A stretch of DNA of 64,000 nucleotides from Octopus vulgaris (Eukaryota), in the NCBI GenBank assembly GCA_951406725.2, contig OX597823.1:94550001-94614000 (forward strand), given 5' to 3'. The position numbers and the translations under genes are program-made. Below the pieces are notes generated by a model. That model made no database searches. It had not been told where the DNA came from and was given only the letters and a program-made list of their open reading frames with translations. Below, one piece after another: positions 36,278 to 50,217 of the stretch. Numbering within the stretch: position 1 is the stretch's first letter; each line of letters begins with the position of its first letter.

Positions 36278-37438
36278 CTAGTAGTATAGCCTGGTGTTGC
36301 CCGGGATTAAGTTGGGATTATTAAGCTAATCAATCGCTTTGTTTCAAACCAAACTAAGTAACACTGACGTCAAATTTGAGCGAAATCCTTTGAAATTGGT
36401 AAATGTTTGGCTGAAAATGGGCAACAGACAATTTGTTTGGGAAATCCCATAAGGAATCAGTTTATTGATTTTTTTACTCAGCGACTATTTTTTTTGTTTT
36501 TTTTGAGAACTTACAACATTCAAAGATCCCATAAGTCCTAAGTAATGTTGGCATCAAGTTTGAACAAAATACATCAAAATTGGTAAAAGTTATGAGGTGT
36601 AACCAATTTTAGTGAGAAATCCTATTAGAAATTGGTTTATTGATTTTTCATCCTGATTGAATGGAAAACCCCATAAGGAATCAGGTTATTGATTTTTTTC
36701 ACCCCAAATAGGACTTAACCGAACACAACATTGCTGATTCAAAAAATCTATATTTATAATTTAAAACTGGTTTTCACACCCAACACAATCAGTGTCGCAA
36801 CAGGAACGCATGGGTTGGGAGTTTGACCACCAGAGGTGAACAGGTTGCACATGCTAGCCCTTCGGAAACCACCACCACCCCAATCATCTAAACCCCACTT
36901 GGCCCATGGGTTGGGAGCCCTTCCAGCGAGGAAAATAGAACGCCCAAAAGGGCTCCTGATCCTCTGTGTCAGAAGAGGTTATGTTCGGATCACAGCTAAG
37001 CCTTAACCTAAAGCTAAGCTAACCTAAAGCATTTCAAAAACATCCTAAATTTGAAGACTTTATCTCGTAATTAAGAAAAAAAAAACATTTTACATTTTCA
37101 TTTTTGATGAACATTGTCACTTACTCTCTCTCCCTCACACACACATACATTAACACACAACTTCTCTCTCTCCCTCACAGACACACACTTTCACTCTGCT
37201 ATAGTAAGAAGGAGACTTAACATGTTAACAAACTTCGAAATTGGTAAAAGTTAAGGTTGAAAATCGATTTTTACCGCTATCCACGGGTGCTTTGGGAACA
37301 ATAAGTTGACAAAACCCAGCTAGGGTCATGACGAATGTTGTCCTACAATTGGAGTGACATGCATGCTAATTTGTGGATGTGCATAAATTACATTCACGTA
37401 CACACACGCATGCATCCTGCCTTTTATAGATATACAGA
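36278..37438 (-). mobile_element. Larger non-autonomous Helitron-like element with internal repeats
   Basis: Plus-strand CTAGTAGTATAGCCTGGTGTTGCCCGGG (hairpin and CTAG end); TATACAGA at the other end; repeated CCCATAAGGAATCAG..TTATTGATTTTT units. Confidence 0.6.
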
Positions 37439-38142
37439 TTTTGTCCATCATTACATCGTGCATTCAAATTCCATGCAGGGTTGACTTTGCTTTTCATCTT
37501 TTCGGGGTCAATAAAATAAGTACCAATTGAGCACTGGGGTCGATATAATCAACTGACCCCTTCCCCTAAACTTACTCATCTTGTGCCAAAATTTGAAACC
37601 AATGTAAAGATAATTATATTTAGAGTAACAACAAAAACGAGCAAATTTTCACCATGTTTTTAATTCATTTATAAAACTGAAAGGCTGTTGTCATTTCCCA
37701 AATCGTACCTTTGTAAATGAGGTACAGGAAAAATTTTGGTACTGTAGGATGTGTAGGCATGGCTGTGTGGTAAGATGTTTGTTTTCCAACCACATAGTTC
37801 CGGGTTCAGTCCCACTGCATGGCATAATGGGTAAGTGTCTTCTTCTATAGCCTCAGGCCAACCAAAGCCTTGTGAGTAGATTTGGTTGATGGAATCTGAA
37901 AGAAACCTGTTGTATATCTGTATATATATATATATATATAATATATATATATACATACATACAAAACTGTCCAACGAACGGGAACGTGAAACTCTGAGTA
38001 ACAGGTTTTGTTGAATTTCTGCTGCTTTTAAATAAAGTATATATATATATAAAGTTAATTCAAACAAGAAAACACAAAAAACACAACAACGCGAGGACGT
38101 GGAACAAATATAGTATTATTGGACGCTCAGGAAAGAAGGAGG

Positions 38143-38177
38143 GCTTAATGTTTCGAGCGGAGCTCTTCATCGGAAAC
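38143..38177 (-). ncRNA. Minimal type-I hammerhead-like motif (CCGAUGA core variant)
   Basis: GUUU-CCGAUGA-A-GAGC-UCC-GCUC-GAAA-CA-UU-AAGC. Confidence 0.5.
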
Positions 38178-38904
38178 ATAGGAGAAGGGAAGACAGAGGA
38201 AAAAATCGCCAACAGTACACACGCGGTCACATATATATATGTATGTATGTATGCGTGTGTATATGTTTGTGTGTCTATGTTTGACCCCCAACATCGCTTG
38301 ACAACCGATGCTGGTGTGTTTACGTCCCCGTAACTTAGCGGTTCAGCAAAAGAGACTGATAGAATAAGTACTAGGCTTACAAAGAATAAGTCCTGGGGTC
38401 AAGTTGCTCGACTCAAAAAACCCTGTAAGCTGGTGCTCTAGCATGGCCACAGTCAAATGACTGAAACAAGTAAAAGAACAAAAGAGTTTATATATATATG
38501 TGTCTGTGTGCACATGTGTCTGTCTGTGTGTCCCCCACAACCACTTGACTACCAGTGTTGATTTGCTTACCTGTCCATAACTTAGCGGTTCAACCATAGA
38601 AACTGATAGGCTAATCAACAGGCTTGAAATTAAAAAACATAATTACAGGGATTGATTTGTTCAACTAAAAAATTTTCCTGTCCAGTGCCCCAGCATGGCC
38701 ACAGTCTAATAACTGAAACAAGTTATAGAATAAAAGATATGGTTTAATGATTTATCCGAAAGTTTAGTGATCGGAAAATCTTTGATCATAAATCTGTTCG
38801 ATCAAGTCTGACCTAGGGCTAAACAAGAACAAATAAAAAAAAAGACAAAACCACTTTATCGAATGCAGAGTATTTTTATTTGACAAAACATTTTGCTCAC
38901 CTAC

Positions 38905-38942
<38 letters not shown>

Positions 38943-38965
38943 CTCTCTCTCTCTCTCTCCACACA

Positions 38966-39002
<37 letters not shown>

Positions 39003-40485
39003 CCACACACACACTCTACCACACACTCATACTCTCACAAACACACACACTCACACACATACTCTCACTCACACACACACATACTCTCACACACACACAC
39101 ACACACACATACTCTCACAAACACACACATACTCTCACAAACACACACATACTCTCACTCACACTCACACACACACACTCTCACACACTTTAAGCATTTG
39201 ATTTAGTATTTGATCTAGTTACACATTTCGTATGATCACAGTAAAAACAAATATGTATCAGGCTCAAAAATCAATCAAACATGATCAATAATTTATAGGA
39301 TACTTCCTTTGACACTGACACCACTGCTGCCACCGTCATCGTGTCATGGCCAGTCCTGCAGACTTAGACTCAGAGGCACTACAGTTATCGCACTCCTCTT
39401 GTTTATCTCCTCTTCTATAGGATATCCATTTACTCTGACCTACATTACCAGATCTGTTTTTTTTAAGGTGGGGTGTGTGATTTAAGGGGCATTTGTCTGC
39501 TATTTCTAGTAGGTCAACATCTGACAGTATAGTGTTATGATACAAAAATTACAACAGCTCGATGTTTAACATTCTGCCTTTTTTTCTTTTTGTTGTTTCT
39601 CTCATTAGAGTGTGGCCATGCTACAGCAGTACCTTGAAGAATTTATAGTTGAATGAATTGACCCCAGTTTTTCTCTATTTTTCTTTTTTTTTCTTTTTTC
39701 TTTTGAAGCCTGGTACTTATTCTATCAGTCTCTTTTGCTGAACCACTAAGTTACAGGAACATAAACACACCAGTTGCCAAGTGGTGGAAAGATAACATAC
39801 ACACACACATATATTTATGTGAATCGTCTAAGAGATCATAAGATAGGGAAAAGCTATACTCAAGTAACTGTCAATAGAGCGGGTGTATTATCTGAAACAT
39901 ATAGTATTATCCATTCATCACGGCTGATCTTACCAATCGGTTTTGCACAAGGAACACAGTGGAGTGTTAGGTAACAGTTCGATTATATAACCTTACGCTC
40001 ATCCGAGTTAGCTGATATGGAAGGCAATATGGCACTTATCAATATGGAAGGGAATATGGCAGTTGTTTAATAGTAATCAATAAAAATTTCAGTTTTATAA
40101 AATTTATAATTTAAGTATTTATTGTAAATAATAGGTCTAATATTCATAGAAAAAAATAAGTGCAATATGTCACAATTAATTATCTAGCCACAGTATTGAA
40201 ATGTTTTTTAGAAGAGTTTGGAATAGATACTATATGAGTAATAAGGTAAAAAAATTCAAGATAAAGGGGTATTTACTTATGCTATCAACTGCTAAACTTA
40301 TATAATCATCTGCAGAGTGATATAAAAGAAAGGGTTTTTTTATAGTTAATATTGAAAAATTTGTTATTATTAATATTTACTATTAGAGTAAGTTACAATT
40401 GACTCAAATTCATATGTATCTTACATACCAATATACATATGTTTATGCTTATACGTACCCATACAGCCATATATACATATACACA

Positions 40486-41420
40486 CAGAGTAAAAGGTAG
40501 ACTGTATGACGCATGTGTACGAACAGCTATGCTACATGGCAGTGAAACATGGGCCGTGACTGCTGAGGACATGTGTAAGCTTGCAAGGAATGAAGCCAGT
40601 ATGCTCCGCTGGATGTGCAATGTCAGTGTACATACATGACAAAGTGTAAGTACCTTGAGAGAAAAGTTGGACTTAAGAAGCATCAGATGCGGTTTGCAAG
40701 AGAGTCGACTGCTGGTATGGTCATGTGTTGCGAATGGATGAGGACAGCTGTATGAAAAAGTGTCACACCCAAGCGGTTGAGGGAACCTGTGGAAGAGGTA
40801 AACCCAGGAAGACCTAGGATAAGGTGGTTAAGCATGACATTAGGCCACTGAGGCAATGACTAGTGACAGAGACCTTTGGAAATATGCTGTGCTTGAGAAG
40901 ACCCAGCAACCTCATGGCCTATGCCAGGGGTGTAACCAGCCCACTTATGTGTACCTTTCTTTCATTGGACACTAAACTCTGCTTGCGAAGACCTGTTGAG
41001 GCAAGTGAAATTGAAATTGAAATCAAATTCGATGACTGGCATCCATGTTTGTGGAGCGCTAAGAATACCATCCGAGCGTGATCGTTGCCAGAGCAGCTGA
41101 CTGGCTTCCATGCCAGTGGCATGTAAAAAGCACCATATGATCATTACCATACTCGCCTCACTAGCACTTGTGCTGGTTGTACGTGAAAAACCATTCAAGT
41201 GAAGTCATTGCCAGTACCGCCTGACTGGCCCTCGTTCCGGTGGCACATAAAAGCACCCACTACACACTCAGAGTGGTTGGCATTAGGAAGGGCATCCAGC
41301 TGTAGAAACTCTGCCAGATCAGATTGGAGCCTGGTGCAGCCATCTGGTTCGCCAGCCCTCAGTCATTCATCCAACCCATGCTAGCATGGAAAGCGGACGT
41401 TAAATGATGATGATGATGAT
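40486..41420 (+). mobile_element. 5'-truncated RTE-like LINE (post-RT ORF end, tandem-unit 3' UTR, (GAT)n)
   Basis: VKGRLYDACVRTAMLHGSETW...NEASMLRWMCNV, then WYGHVLRM-like segment; 3' tail shared with many short copies. Confidence 0.85.
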
Positions 41421-41435
41421 ATAGATAACAGGGTG

Positions 41436-41466
<31 letters not shown>

Positions 41467-41855
41467 TCACATAGTGTAGTTAATACAGAATATATATTTA
41501 CAGTGTGTTTATCACTGAAGTACTGAAACAAGGGTGTGTAGATAATGCTGTGTATATTTACTGTATAGAACTAAAGTACCAAAACAGTGGTGTTTAGATA
41601 ACGTAGGGTGTATATATATATTCATGTAGTGCAGTTAAAACAGTGTGTATATAATATATATATATATATATTGATAACTAAAGTACTGAGACAGTGTGTT
41701 ATTAGCCGTGGGTTTATATGTTTGCACAGAGAGAGCTAAACCGTGTATTGAGGCAGTTGTGTGGAGATAACAGAGGGTGTATATTTACAGTGTGTTTTGT
41801 AACCAAACTACTGAGACAAGTGACATGTAGATAACACGGGTGTATATATTTATAC
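41421..41855. repeat. Degenerate minisatellite of about 60 bp
   Basis: Recurring AGATAAC..GGGTGTATATTTACAG and AAGTACTGARACA motifs. Confidence 0.6.
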
Positions 41856-41937
41856 AGTGAAGCTGTCTTTCTTCAGCATTGATGTGTCAATTATTTCACA
41901 ATTTGTCCACACACACACACACACCATTCTCTTATTA

Positions 41938-42000
<63 letters not shown>

Positions 42001-42679
42001 TTACTTTATTTCCACTTGTTGCTCTCTCTCTTCCTTCATTACTCTTTTTCTTATCCTTTCTTTCTCCCTTGCTACTCACCTCCTCTTGCTACCCTCTTAA
42101 TCCACTTACTCCTCTCTCTCTCTCTCTAGTTAATCTTTTCCTCTCACAATCATACTTCCCTTCTCGTTACTCCCTTTTTCTCTCTAATACCGCCCCCCCC
42201 CCCCTCTATAAACATAAGAATACATTTCCTCCTTTCTCTGCTACAGAACCCGATTCACAAAATTAAAAAACAAAGCAAAACCTAAAACAAAATGGAATCC
42301 TTTAATTCCTCTTTCAAAATAGAAACGGGCGGTGGGGGGGGGGGGGGTTGATAAAAGGGTATTCCAACCATGCCCATCTCATATAAAGGCTATTTAGGAC
42401 AACTTTATCAAATGTCTCCTCATTTAAGACAACAGGATTGCAACTGCAGAAAGATATTTGGCTGCTATTTCTAGTGTTTTAGGTTGCCCATGTTGAGTGT
42501 TCCTCGTTGTCCTGCTCCGGAAGTACGTCCTTAACTGGAAGTGATGCAAAAATACCAGAAGTGGACAATTTTAACAACTTTATGTGTTTCTTAGAAAAGT
42601 ACTTCGAAGACAGCAGCATCTAGTAGTGGATTCTTTGTGTAAATAAAATCTCAGACAGGAAATTGTGTCTTAAGTACTA

Positions 42680-43240
42680 ATCATCATCATCGTTTAACGT
42701 CCGTTTTTCATGCTGGCATGGGTTGGATGGTTTGAGGCTGCACCATGCTCCAATCTGATTTGGCAAGATTTCTACAGCTGGATGCCCTTCCTAATGCCAA
42801 CCACTCCAAGAGTGTAGTGGATGCTTTTACATGCCACCGACACAGGAGCCAGTCAGGTGGCACTGGCATCAGTCACACTCAACTAGTGCTTTTTACATGC
42901 CACCAGCAGGAACCAAAACCAGAGCCTCCATGTACACCATGGAAGCCCTCTGTATGTTGCCCAACATGTCCATTGATGTCACCAGCCACAAAGAGAAGGT
43001 CCCTGTCATTCGTCAATGAGGTAGTCTGCAAGAGGGTGTCATAAAATTGGTCTTTCTGTCCATCAGGTAGCACCAGCTGAGGGGCATAGGCCAAGATAAA
43101 GGTGCTAACCCATGATGAAGCACTAATCTAATCTTAAGTATTCTGTCGCATACTCTGACTACATCAGTCACCTTATCAACCCATTTCTCTGCAAGAAGTA
43201 TACCCACGCCCCTGACCCCATCAGTGTTCCCTGCCCGATG
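42680..43240 (-). mobile_element. Internally deleted RTE-like element: APE endonuclease fragment fused to the 3' tail
   Basis: GVGILLAEKW...DRILKIRL...AYAPQ...AGDINGHVG joined near 42908 to the TGGCATGTAAAAAGCAC...AAACGATGATG tail. Confidence 0.8.
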
Positions 43241-43354
43241 CACACCAGCATCCCACAGTACAGACTTGAATAATTGATGAGAGATATCTCTCCCAACATG
43301 AAACCACCAGCAGTCTGGCTACCCAGCAAAATAAAAAAATATTTATCACCATTT

Positions 43355-44088
43355 TGGAAATATGCTGTGCTTGAGAAGACCCAGCAAGCCAAATGAGACC
43401 ATAACCTGTGGCCTATGAAATGAGACCATAATCTCGTGGCTTATGCCAGGAGCGTAACCAGCCCGCTTATGCGTACGTTTTCCTTCTTTGGTCACTAAAC
43501 TCTGCTTGCGAAGACCTGTTGAGGCAAGTGAACTCAAAATCAAATTCGACGACTGGCATCCATGCTAGCAGGGTGCAAAGAGCACCATATGAGTGTGATC
43601 ATTGACAGAGCGGCTAACCGGCTTCCATGCCAGTGGCACATAAAAGGGCACCCTTCAAGTGTGATCGTCACCAGCATCACCTTACTGGCACTTGTGCCTG
43701 TGCTAGTAGGGTGCCAAGAGCACCATCCGAGCAAGATCGTTGCCAGAGCAGCCAACTGGCTCCGTGCCAGTGGCTCGTAAAAGGGCACCATTCGAGCGTG
43801 ATCGTTACCAACGTTTACCTTACTGGCACCTGTGCGAGTGGCATGTGTAAAAAGATTCAAGCGAGGTCATTGCCAGTACTGCCTGACTGGCCCCGTAAAA
43901 AGCTGGCATGTAAAAAGCACCCACTACACTTTCGGAGTGGTTGTTGTTACGAAGGACATCCAGTAGTAGAAACTCTGCCAGATCAGATTGGAGCCTGGTG
44001 CGGCCGTCTAGTTTGCCAGCCCTCAGTCAAAATCGTCCAACCCATGCCAGCATGGAAAGCGGACGTTAAACGATGATGATGATGATGA
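43355..44088 (+). mobile_element. RTE-like 3' UTR with about 5 tandem units and (GAT)n tail
   Basis: Repeated GCCAGTGGC..GTAAAA.GGCACC...GTGATCGT units. Confidence 0.85.
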
Positions 44089-46157
44089 ATATAGTGTACA
44101 ACACTCGTTCTCACAGTTCAATATTAACATTACAAGTACTCACACATTACACACACAGACTCACACACACACGAATGTGTAGGTGTTGTATGCGCTACTT
44201 CAAACACCTTTGCACTGCCCAAGTCTATTATTATTGCAATAACTGTCAGTTAAAAAACCGATGCAAAATTGCTGCAGCTATTCCTGCATTAATTGCAGAC
44301 TTGCATCAGAGCAACAGCTTCTGGCAACAAGTTTATTTCTCCACTTGTTTGTTTTGTGTGTGTGTTTCTTTTCATGCATTTAATTTTCATTCTCTTTTTT
44401 CGTCTCTCTTTCTGTCATTCTCTTCCTTCATTCCTCCCCTCGTTCAGCAATTTCACCTTCTGACCCTATATTAATGTCTTTAGTTATACACTTTGTACAT
44501 TTTGTTCTCCGCGCCACTTTTTCTGTATTTGTTTTTTGTTTTTTTCATGTAAATGTGACTCAGGCTTCAAAGCACTTTTAAGTGGTCTGTTCTTAGCTCT
44601 AAAATGCTTTATGGCATTTAACAAATAAGAGACAAATATCTCACTTGAATACAACACATCATATCATACCTGTCTCATATAACATTCCCTGGGTGGTCTC
44701 CTACCTGCTATGCTATACATGTTGTGAATAAATACTTCAGGTAGGCAGTAGGCAGTAATAAAATAATTGAGAGAGAAATCTCAGCACTGCAACAGAATAC
44801 ATAACAGTATTTTGGTCCAACCCATGCCAGCATGGAAAACGGACATTAAGTAATGATAATGATGATCATGATGATTTTGGCAACAAAAATAATTATTTTT
44901 AAGTAAGTGAATCTACACATTTTTTTTTGTTTTCTTTTCCTTGCTTCTTTTTTGCATTTCTTTTTTATTCTCATTTTCTTTCTTTCTTTCCTGTGAAAGT
45001 CTTGTGTCTCAACCGGACATGTCTTTAATCTTATCTTCTTGTCTTACATTAGAGTGTGTGTGTGTGTGTGTGTGTGTGTGGATGTGTTTGTAATACATAA
45101 GTGTATATGTAGAGGTATGTATGTCCATTTGTATGTGTATATACAGACTTATGTGTTGTGTGTATATATATGTGTGTAAACATGTAGTATATATACACAT
45201 GTATTTATTGTATATCTATGTATGTATATTTACACACACACACATGTAATATATATAAAATAGAAAAATAAATAAGTAAATGAGTGGAAACTTTACCAGT
45301 GAGTGTGTTAAATTATAAAGCACTAAAGGGGAATGACCCTCCCCAGACACAACAGCTTATATATAAACTATATATATTTACACACATACACATCATCATT
45401 ATCATCATTGTTTAGCATCCTCTTTCCATGGTAGTATGGGTTGGACAGTTTGACTGAGGGCTGGCAAGCCAGGAGGCTGCACCAGGCTCCAATCTGATCT
45501 GGCAATGTTTCTACAACTGGATGCCCTTCCTAGCACCAACCACTCTGAGAGTGTAGTGGGTGCTTTTTTACGTGCCACTGGCATGGCCAGTCAGGCAGCA
45601 CTGGCAACGATCACGCTCAAATGGTGCTTTTTACATGTCACTGGCACGAGGCCAGTCAGCCTATGTAATATATACACAGAGATGTATATGTATGTATGTA
45701 TGCTTATATCTATATGTGTATATATAAACATGTGTAAATACACACACACAATCCAAATAACAAATTTTCACTTTGAACTTTTGCATAAACTAGTGTTGCA
45801 GGCAGAGAAACAATCGTAGCTGATCAGTTAAGATGTATTAAAGGATTTCTTTGTCTTCTTCCTTGGATTATCTGTTACTTTTCACTAAACCCACAAAATG
45901 GTTTTACCATTGTGAAACCAGGATTTTCTAAACCTGAAGAATTTCGACATTGTCTACTTTTCCTTACCTGTGTGGGACACCCCTGCTATAGCCTCACCTT
46001 GGGCAAACTTCACTTATAAGCAACAAATACCTGCATTGGGTTTGAACTCATGACCTTTATTTAAGCCTACGACACATTTTTAGCTATTTTGCTTTTAATT
46101 CTATACAAAACAGGAGGGGGGGGTGAGTGGTCATGTGATCTATCAGAAATAGCAACA

Positions 46158-46580
46158 AGGTGGTGAGCTTGCAGAAATGTTAGCATGCTGGGCAAAATGC
46201 TAAGCGGCATTTCATTTGTCTTTACGTTCTGAGTTCAAATTCCACCGAGGTCGACTTTGTCTTTCATCCTTTCGGGGTCGATAAATTAAGCACCAGTTAC
46301 GCTCTGGGGTTGATATAATCGACTTAATCCATTTGTCTGTCCTTGTTTGTCCTCTCTGTGTTTAGCCCCTTGTGGGTAGTAAAGAAATAGGTATTTCGTC
46401 TGCCTCTACATTCTGAGTTCAAATTCCGCCGAGGTCGACTTTGCCTTTCATCCTTTCGGGGTCAATAAATTAAGTACCAGTTATGCACTGGGGATAGATA
46501 TAATCGACTTAATCCATTTGTCTGTCCTTGTTTGTCCCCACTCTGTGTAGCCCCTTGTGGGCAGTGAAGAAATAAGAAAT
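46158..46580 (+). mobile_element. SINE family A, duplicated body, TSD approximately AGAAATAGCARCAAGGT
   Basis: Direct flanks near 46146 and 46576. Confidence 0.85.
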
Positions 46581-47158
46581 AGCAGCAAGGTCTTCCTCAA
46601 AATGCATGCCCATTGTTTTATGGAAGAACACATTTGATGATGTATTCTTAGGTAAACTATATGGTGTCATAAAATAACTTGTGATGGTCATTGGTGGAAT
46701 GCTATTGAACATAAAGAACTTGTTATAGAAGTATTCCAGCAACATCTGCAGCAATTATCTTCACCATCATCATCATCATTATTATTATCATTGCCATTAT
46801 TATTGTCGTCTCATCATCATAATCATCACCATTATCATCATCATCATTATTGTTATTGTCACCATCATCACCACAGCCACCATCTTCACCACCACTACCA
46901 TCGTCATCATCATCATTATTCATCATGAACTCTTTAGGCAGGAAGTCATCCCATATCGTTCCCTCTTGTCCCTTTCTCTCCATCTCATTAGATACCTATT
47001 GCCCTTAAACCCTTAAACAGTTGCTTTCTACATCAGTTCGTTACATATTCAGCATCATTAAAGGTTATCATTTATTTCTCCAGATCCCTTTCAGATTCTT
47101 CTTTTTCATTCTTTTTTTCTTTGTATTTTCCATTCCTATGACCTGAGATCTATTAGTA

Positions 47159-47172
47159 GTTTCTATGGCAAC
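47159..47172. promoter_or_regulatory. RFX X-box-like motif GTTTCTATGGCAAC
   Basis: Matches GTHNYY-AT-RRNAAC in unique sequence; motif match only. Confidence 0.3.
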
Positions 47173-49100
47173 TTAGAACAACTTCCTCGGTTCTCACGGC
47201 CATAACAATACAACTGCCGTTTTCTGAATTGATTTCGAAATAGCTGACTGGCAAAAGGAAATTCGTTCGATGCCTTCATTCCACAAATGGCTAATCCATG
47301 ATACTCTAAAGATTTGGTGAATAAAAACCGTTTAAAAGACTTCTGACATCTTAGAATCAAATTGGAATATTGTTCGTTATTCTTCATTGTACTGCAATGT
47401 AGTCGATGCCATGATTTATATTATTTCTATGGTTCCAACTCAAAGCTGAGTTAAGTGGTCGAAGCCATAGACATGGTGTGGTACCATTCACAAGACAAGA
47501 TCTGCTGAGTGCATCACCCTAAGTTGATGGCTGTGTAGTAAGAAGATTGCTTCCCAACCAAATGGATCTGAGTTCAGTCTTATTGTATGGCACCTTGGGC
47601 AAATGTCCTCTATAACCTCAGGCCAACCAAACCCTTGTGAGTGGATTTGGTTGATGGAAACTGAAAGAAGCCCATCATATATGTGTGTGTGTTCCTGTGT
47701 TTACCTCCATCACTGCTTCGCAACCAGTGTTGGTCTGTTTATATCCCTGTAACTTTGTGGTTCATCAAGAGACTTATGGAATAATTACCTGGCGTAAAAA
47801 AATAATAAACAAACTGAGGTTGGTTCATTCAACTAAAATTCTTTGAGGTGGTGCTGCAGCATGGCCACAGTCTGATGACTGAAACAAGTAAAAGATGTAT
47901 TTGATGTCTTTTGTTTCTCAAGAATGTTTTACCTTTTGGCTTTGGCATCAGTGATGTCTTTCTTCATTTAAACCAGTAAAGGGTTTTCTTGAAACCTGGA
48001 AGACTTTTAATTACCTCTTTTTTACTTGTTTCAGTCATTTGACCGTGGCCATCCTGGGGCAATGCTTTGAAGGGTTCTAGTTGAACAAATTGACTCCACG
48101 ACTTATTTTTTTCAATTAGAAAATTACTATTTGTAATTCTCACAATGAGAGATATTCAGCAAGAGTACTTTGTAGTAAAGATTGTTTGCCAACATAACAT
48201 GGCAGTCCTGGTTTTAGGACAAATGTTGCTATAATTTAGCCCCAGGAGACATTGTCTCCAGCTGGCTATACAACATGATCTGTGTCCTTATATTTTCGAA
48301 CAAGGGAATCTATTATTTTCTTCAAGCCTAGTACTTGTTCTATCAGTCTCTTTTGCCAAACTGCTAAGTTATGGCAATATAAATACACAAACACACACAC
48401 ACACACACATACATGTGTGTGTGTGTGTATGAGATGAACTACTTTCAGTTTCCATCTACCAAATCCACTTCGGTCATCCCAAGGCTATAGTAGAAGATAC
48501 TTACCATACAGCCATGCCTGTGCCGAGTGAAATATTCATATATTTCGTGAAGAAGTATAAGTTTATAGAACTAAAGGTCATATTTGTGGTGTGTGTGGGT
48601 TTATTTCAGTTTCCATCTATGAAATCCACTCACAAAGCTTTGGTCAGCCCAGGGCTATAGTAGAAAACAATTTGCCCAAGGTACTGCACAATGGAACTGA
48701 ACTTGAAACCCCATGGTTGAGAAGCAAACTTCTTAACCACACAGCCATTCCTGAACACTACAAATGGCAAAATGATAGTCTCAGTTTTCTCTGTTGCAGA
48801 ACATACCAGAAAAAGGGCTGCTGTGAATGGCGAAGTGCTATAAGACCCTCTCCCACCCACAAACTGAAAAATCTGTTTAAAATAACAATAATGATGACAT
48901 TGTGACATTTTTCTTTTTTACCTGTAGACCCCTTTGATTCCTGTTTTATTCTCATGGACCCCTGTAGCCATTTAATGTTTAAAAAAAACTAGTTTTATAC
49001 ATCCTTCTTTCAAAATTCTTCCTTTGTTTTACACCCATACACTTGTGCAGGTTTGCAGTTGCACTCTCCGAGAGAACATATTTCAGTGGCTGGAAACATG

Positions 49101-50217
49101 TTAACCCTTTCGTTACTGTATTTCTGTTGAGATGCTCTGTGTTTCTTTCAATTAATTTTAAATATAACAAAGAATTTAGTAAAATAACTTAGTTATCATT
49201 AAGCTAGTGTTAGGAACATAAATTGTGGCTATGGTTTGGTGGAAGATTTTAATTCAAAACTTATGTAAACAAGACATTTATACTACAGAGCCAGAGGTGG
49301 TTTCAACCATACTACAGAGCCAGAGGTGGTTTCACCTGGCTGAAACCACCTCTGGCTCTGTAGTATAAATGGTGACTTTAATCCTTTTGTTACCATATTT
49401 CTGCTGAAATGCTCTGTGTTTCTTTCAATTAGTTTTAAATACAACTTTAAATATAATTTTAAATCACATGGTTTTCGGACTTAACTCAAAACCATGTGAT
49501 TGCAAAGCTATGGGTTCAGCCACACAGTTGTATGCTAATGATATACATTTATCTGACAAAAACACCATTTGAGCGTGGCTGTTGCCAGTACCACCTGACT
49601 GGCCCTCGTGCCGGTGGCACGTAAAAGCACCCACTACACTCTCGGAGTGGTTGGCATTAGGAAGGGCATCCAGCTGTAGAAACTCTGCCAGAGCAGACTG
49701 GAGCCTGGTGCAGCCATCTGGTTCACCAGACCTCAGTCAAATCATCCAACCCATGCCAGCATGGAAAGCGGACGTTAAACGATGATGATGATGATGATGA
49801 TAACAAAGAATTTAGTAAAATAATTTAGTTATCATTCAGCCAGTGTTATAAACATAAATTGTGACTAAGGTTTGGTGGAAGATTTTAATTCAAAACTTAT
49901 GAAAATAAGACATTTTTACTACAGAGCCAGAGGCAGTTTCAGCCAGGTTGGTATTGAAAGAGTTAAGAATTGTTTCTCTATTATATATTTTAAGCCTTTT
50001 GTGACCATATTTCTGTTGAGATGCTGTGTTTCTTTCAATTAATTTTAAATATAACAAAGAATTTAGTAAAATAACTTAGTTAACATTAAGCTAGTGTTAG
50101 GAACATAAATTGTGACTAAGGTTTGGTGGAAGATTTTAATTCAAAACTTATGAAAACAAGACATTTGTACTACAGAGCCAGAGGCAGTTTCAGCTGGGTT
50201 AGTAACAAAATGGTTAA
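49101..50217. mobile_element. Three tandem piggyBac-like MITEs (about 225 bp, TTAA-flanked); middle copy carries an RTE tail insertion
   Basis: TTAACCCTTT start and GGTTAA-like ends; copies at 49101, 49378 and 49990. Confidence 0.75.

Noticed and set aside
40060-40392. NUMT (AT-rich mitochondrial-like segment)
   Set aside because: No recognisable mitochondrial protein or RNA motif by eye; could be a decayed Penelope-like ORF but cannot be supported without a search.
47868-47890. CTGATGA...GAAA as a hammerhead
   Set aside because: It is a mutated SINE-B tail (CAGTCAAATGACTGAAAC) with no stem II or stem I.
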